DNA from: Amoebophrya sp. A120
Lineage: Eukaryota; Protista; Dinoflagellata
DNA length: 64,000 bases
Direction of reading: 5' to 3'
Assembly (NCBI GenBank): GCA_905178155.1
Contig: CAJINV010000005.1
Span: forward strand, 6,594,153 to 6,658,152
The notes under the pieces are model-generated. The model was not told the origin of the DNA. It saw only the letters and a program-made list of their open reading frames with translations, and made no database searches. This document shows, one piece after another, positions 61,564 through 64,000 of this stretch (position 1 is its first letter; each line of letters begins with the position of its first letter). The position numbers were made by a program, and so were the translations under genes.

Positions 61564-64000
61564 TCACCCGCGAAATTAACAAACGAGTAAGAGACGACCG
61601 GGCAGCATGGGTGCGCGAAAAAATACAAACCTTGAAGCAAGCTGACTGCAGCGGGAATACGAAGCTGATTTTTGAAACAGTGCGGCAGCTTGCGGGAAAA
61701 GGGCGAAAGCGGCCGCAGGAGCTGCCGGGACCAGCAAAATTGTGGACCGACTTCTGGGGGGACATCTTCGGCAAGGAAAGGCCGGAGCCTCCAGCAGAAA
61801 CGAAGCAGACAAAAACCTGGGCACGGTGTGAAGCAGAAATTCAGAAAAATCGAGAAGGCCCAACATGGTGCGAGGGCCTCGGCGAAATCCCCACAGAGGG
61901 AGAGGTGGTCGCAGCGCTTCGGGAGCTGAAAGCGGGCAAAGCATTCCACGGGCCCTGCCCGGCGGAGTTTGCAAGGGAATGCCCAACAGTTCAAGCAGTG
62001 CTGGTGTCTCTCGTGCGTCGAATTTTTCGGGGAGACGAAATCCCCGAAGAGTGGGGCGAGGCAGTAGTAGCCATGCTCCACAAGGACGGCGTGAAACACG
62101 ATCCGAAAAACTGGAGACCGATCGCCCTGATTTCTTTGGGCGAAAAATTGCTGGGCCTCGTCATCCTGAGAAGAGTAGAAGAAGGGGCCAACAGAGAAAT
62201 GGACCCCCGGCAGAAAGGGTGCCGGCGCGGACTGTCGACCCGACACGCAGTGTTCGAGCTGCTGAGGGACATCGAAAAAGCCAACAAAGAAGGGCGCCGC
62301 GCCCTGTATGCCTTCATCGACTTCGCGAAGGCGTTCGACAGCCTTTCATGGCCCGCCATGGAGGCCATCCTGCGACTTCAAGGAATGCCAGAAAATATCT
62401 GTCGCGTGCTCCGCGACATGTACCGGCGCAACGCAAAGTGGAGCATCCGGCTGGGGAAAGACCGGAACACCGAACAACGAAAACAAAAGAGCGGCATAAG
62501 GCAAGGCAGCGCGCTTTCGCCGTTGTTGTTCGCACTTTGCGTCGATTGGGCCCTAAAACAGTTCGCAAAAACGATGGAGGAGGAAATGAAGTGGACACAA
62601 GACCAAGCCCTTGCCCAGGCCCTGGCCTGGCTTGGGTATGTAGACGACCTGGCCGTCAAGGCCTCCAGTGTCCCCGACATTGAGTTTGCGATGCGCGAGC
62701 TCTCCAGCGCGTGTCGCTTCATAGGCCTCGACTTGAACATCCGAAAAACGAAAGTTTTGGCGGTTAACCAAGAAGCAGAACAGAAGCAGAGCCCCACCGC
62801 CATGATGGAGAAGTGCATCATGGACGGGGAAGAGGGGTGGACGATCGACTACTGCGGGATTGACTGGGATAAAGAGTGGCAGACAGCAGCAAAATCCATC
62901 CCGCTTGCCGGGCTCGGCGACCTCGCGCCAACTCATCTGGTTGTCTGGGACAACCCGGCGATCGGTGTGCAGATCATCGCGTCCAAGCCGAGTGGGTGGG
63001 CAACCGCTCATTGCGGCACTAGCATCCGGCTTACGAGATTAGGCCTGCGGAAATTTGTCCTGGAAGAGAAAAATAGTTTTACTTGCGAGAAGTGCGGCGA
63101 TGTCCTCGCGGACGAGACCGCGCTTCATTTTCACAAAACGACCGGGTTTTGCCGGCCGAACAAGTCGGTGAAAGAATTGCGCACATTGCGGGTCGCGCGA
63201 ATGGTGGAGCAAAAGAAGAAACGAAAAGCCCGGCCGGACGCCGCGGCCGGGCTAAAGGCGGTCAAGCTCCATGGCAAACCGGTGGAGTGCGTGGGGTCGT
63301 TCAAGTACCTCGGCACGGAGGTAGGGTGTGACGGCTCCACCGATGCCGAGACGCATCGCAGATGCGGTCTAGCTCTCGGTGTCGTCCGCCAGGTCTCTCC
63401 CGTCTGGAGGGACAGTAGCGTCCCAACCCACCTGAAAGCCGACTTGTTCCGTTCTCTCTCCCTCAGCGTTGCTTTGTACAACGCTGAGACATGGACTATT
63501 TCCCCAGCAGCAGCTACTTCCTTGCGACAGTTCCAGGACAGTGCCCTGCGGTACGTCCTGGGGGGACACTACAGAAACGCAGAGAAAAGTAGGGAGGAGC
63601 TGTGCGCCGAGCTAGGCCTGCAGGCGATCGAGGACGAAGTAAGATGCAAGAGAATCGGATGGATCGCGCACACATGCAGGGGGATGCAAATGAGGGGTCG
63701 ATGCGCAGAATCGAGCAAGAGATAAACCGCAAAACAGCATGGGGAAAACAAGCAGGAGACGATTTGGATTTGTTCAACATACCCTTCAGCGAACTGAAAA
63801 ACACAAAGCCGACCGGGGAAGCAATACGGGCGACGCTGGCGCAAAGAAGAAAAATACAGCCGGTGCAGCGCAAGAGGGGCGTGGAAGCAGGCAGACCGAA
63901 GTCGAGAAAGCGCACAGAGATGGAAGAAGAGAGAAGAAAACGACTAGAGCAACAAAGACAGGAGACTGAGGCAGCAAATAAAGTTTTACTATTGCGGATC
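61564..64000 (+). mobile_element. 5'-truncated non-LTR retrotransposon (LINE, RTE-like), runs off the window end
   Basis: RT motifs NWRPIAL, QKGCRRGLST, FIDFAKAFDSL, GIRQGSALSPLLF, YVDD (~62637), FKYLG and WIAH. No endonuclease domain upstream; starts abruptly inside an introner TIR. Confidence 0.9.
61611..63725 (+). CDS. Reverse transcriptase ORF of the LINE (N-truncated, probable frameshift near 63680)
   Basis: 704-aa ORF with non-LTR RT motifs. A shifted frame stays open from ~63683 to the window end. Confidence 0.85.
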   Translation: MREKIQTLKQADCSGNTKLIFETVRQLAGKGRKRPQELPGPAKLWTDFWGDIFGKERPEPPAETKQTKTWARCEAEIQKNREGPTWCEGLGEIPTEGEVVAALRELKAGKAFHGPCPAEFARECPTVQAVLVSLVRRIFRGDEIPEEWGEAVVAMLHKDGVKHDPKNWRPIALISLGEKLLGLVILRRVEEGANREMDPRQKGCRRGLSTRHAVFELLRDIEKANKEGRRALYAFIDFAKAFDSLSWPAMEAILRLQGMPENICRVLRDMYRRNAKWSIRLGKDRNTEQRKQKSGIRQGSALSPLLFALCVDWALKQFAKTMEEEMKWTQDQALAQALAWLGYVDDLAVKASSVPDIEFAMRELSSACRFIGLDLNIRKTKVLAVNQEAEQKQSPTAMMEKCIMDGEEGWTIDYCGIDWDKEWQTAAKSIPLAGLGDLAPTHLVVWDNPAIGVQIIASKPSGWATAHCGTSIRLTRLGLRKFVLEEKNSFTCEKCGDVLADETALHFHKTTGFCRPNKSVKELRTLRVARMVEQKKKRKARPDAAAGLKAVKLHGKPVECVGSFKYLGTEVGCDGSTDAETHRRCGLALGVVRQVSPVWRDSSVPTHLKADLFRSLSLSVALYNAETWTISPAAATSLRQFQDSALRYVLGGHYRNAEKSREELCAELGLQAIEDEVRCKRIGWIAHTCRGMQMRGRCAESSKR

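Overview
Eukaryotic genomic DNA, by inference from a syndinean dinoflagellate such as Amoebophrya. Eight protein-coding genes can be reconstructed by hand, all on the + strand: an unknown protein, a PGY-motif putative axonemal protein, a ~4,000-aa protein ending in a Mei2-like RRM, an ankyrin-repeat protein, a DEP + neutral-sphingomyelinase-type EEP fusion, RAD51, a coiled-coil protein and a partial gene. They are interrupted by about 64 short (mostly ~145-400 bp) non-canonical introns/introner elements. These elements start TAT(C/G/T), end (G/C/A)ATA, carry family-specific terminal inverted repeats (TIRs) and sit in a 5-nt target-site duplication (TSD). Removing element + 5 nt restored the reading frame wherever I translated the junction, in either element orientation and even when the TSD has decayed. 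The unrelated families share an internal TGTCATGC-N6-8-GCATGACA dyad motif. Local duplications give empty/filled site pairs. A second class of insertion is flanked by long 18-53 bp direct repeats. A 5'-truncated non-LTR retrotransposon, with a Zn-finger-containing insert inside its RT, sits within an introner at the right end. Coordinates were counted by hand and may be off by a few nt. Splicing is inferred from frame restoration, not from RNA.
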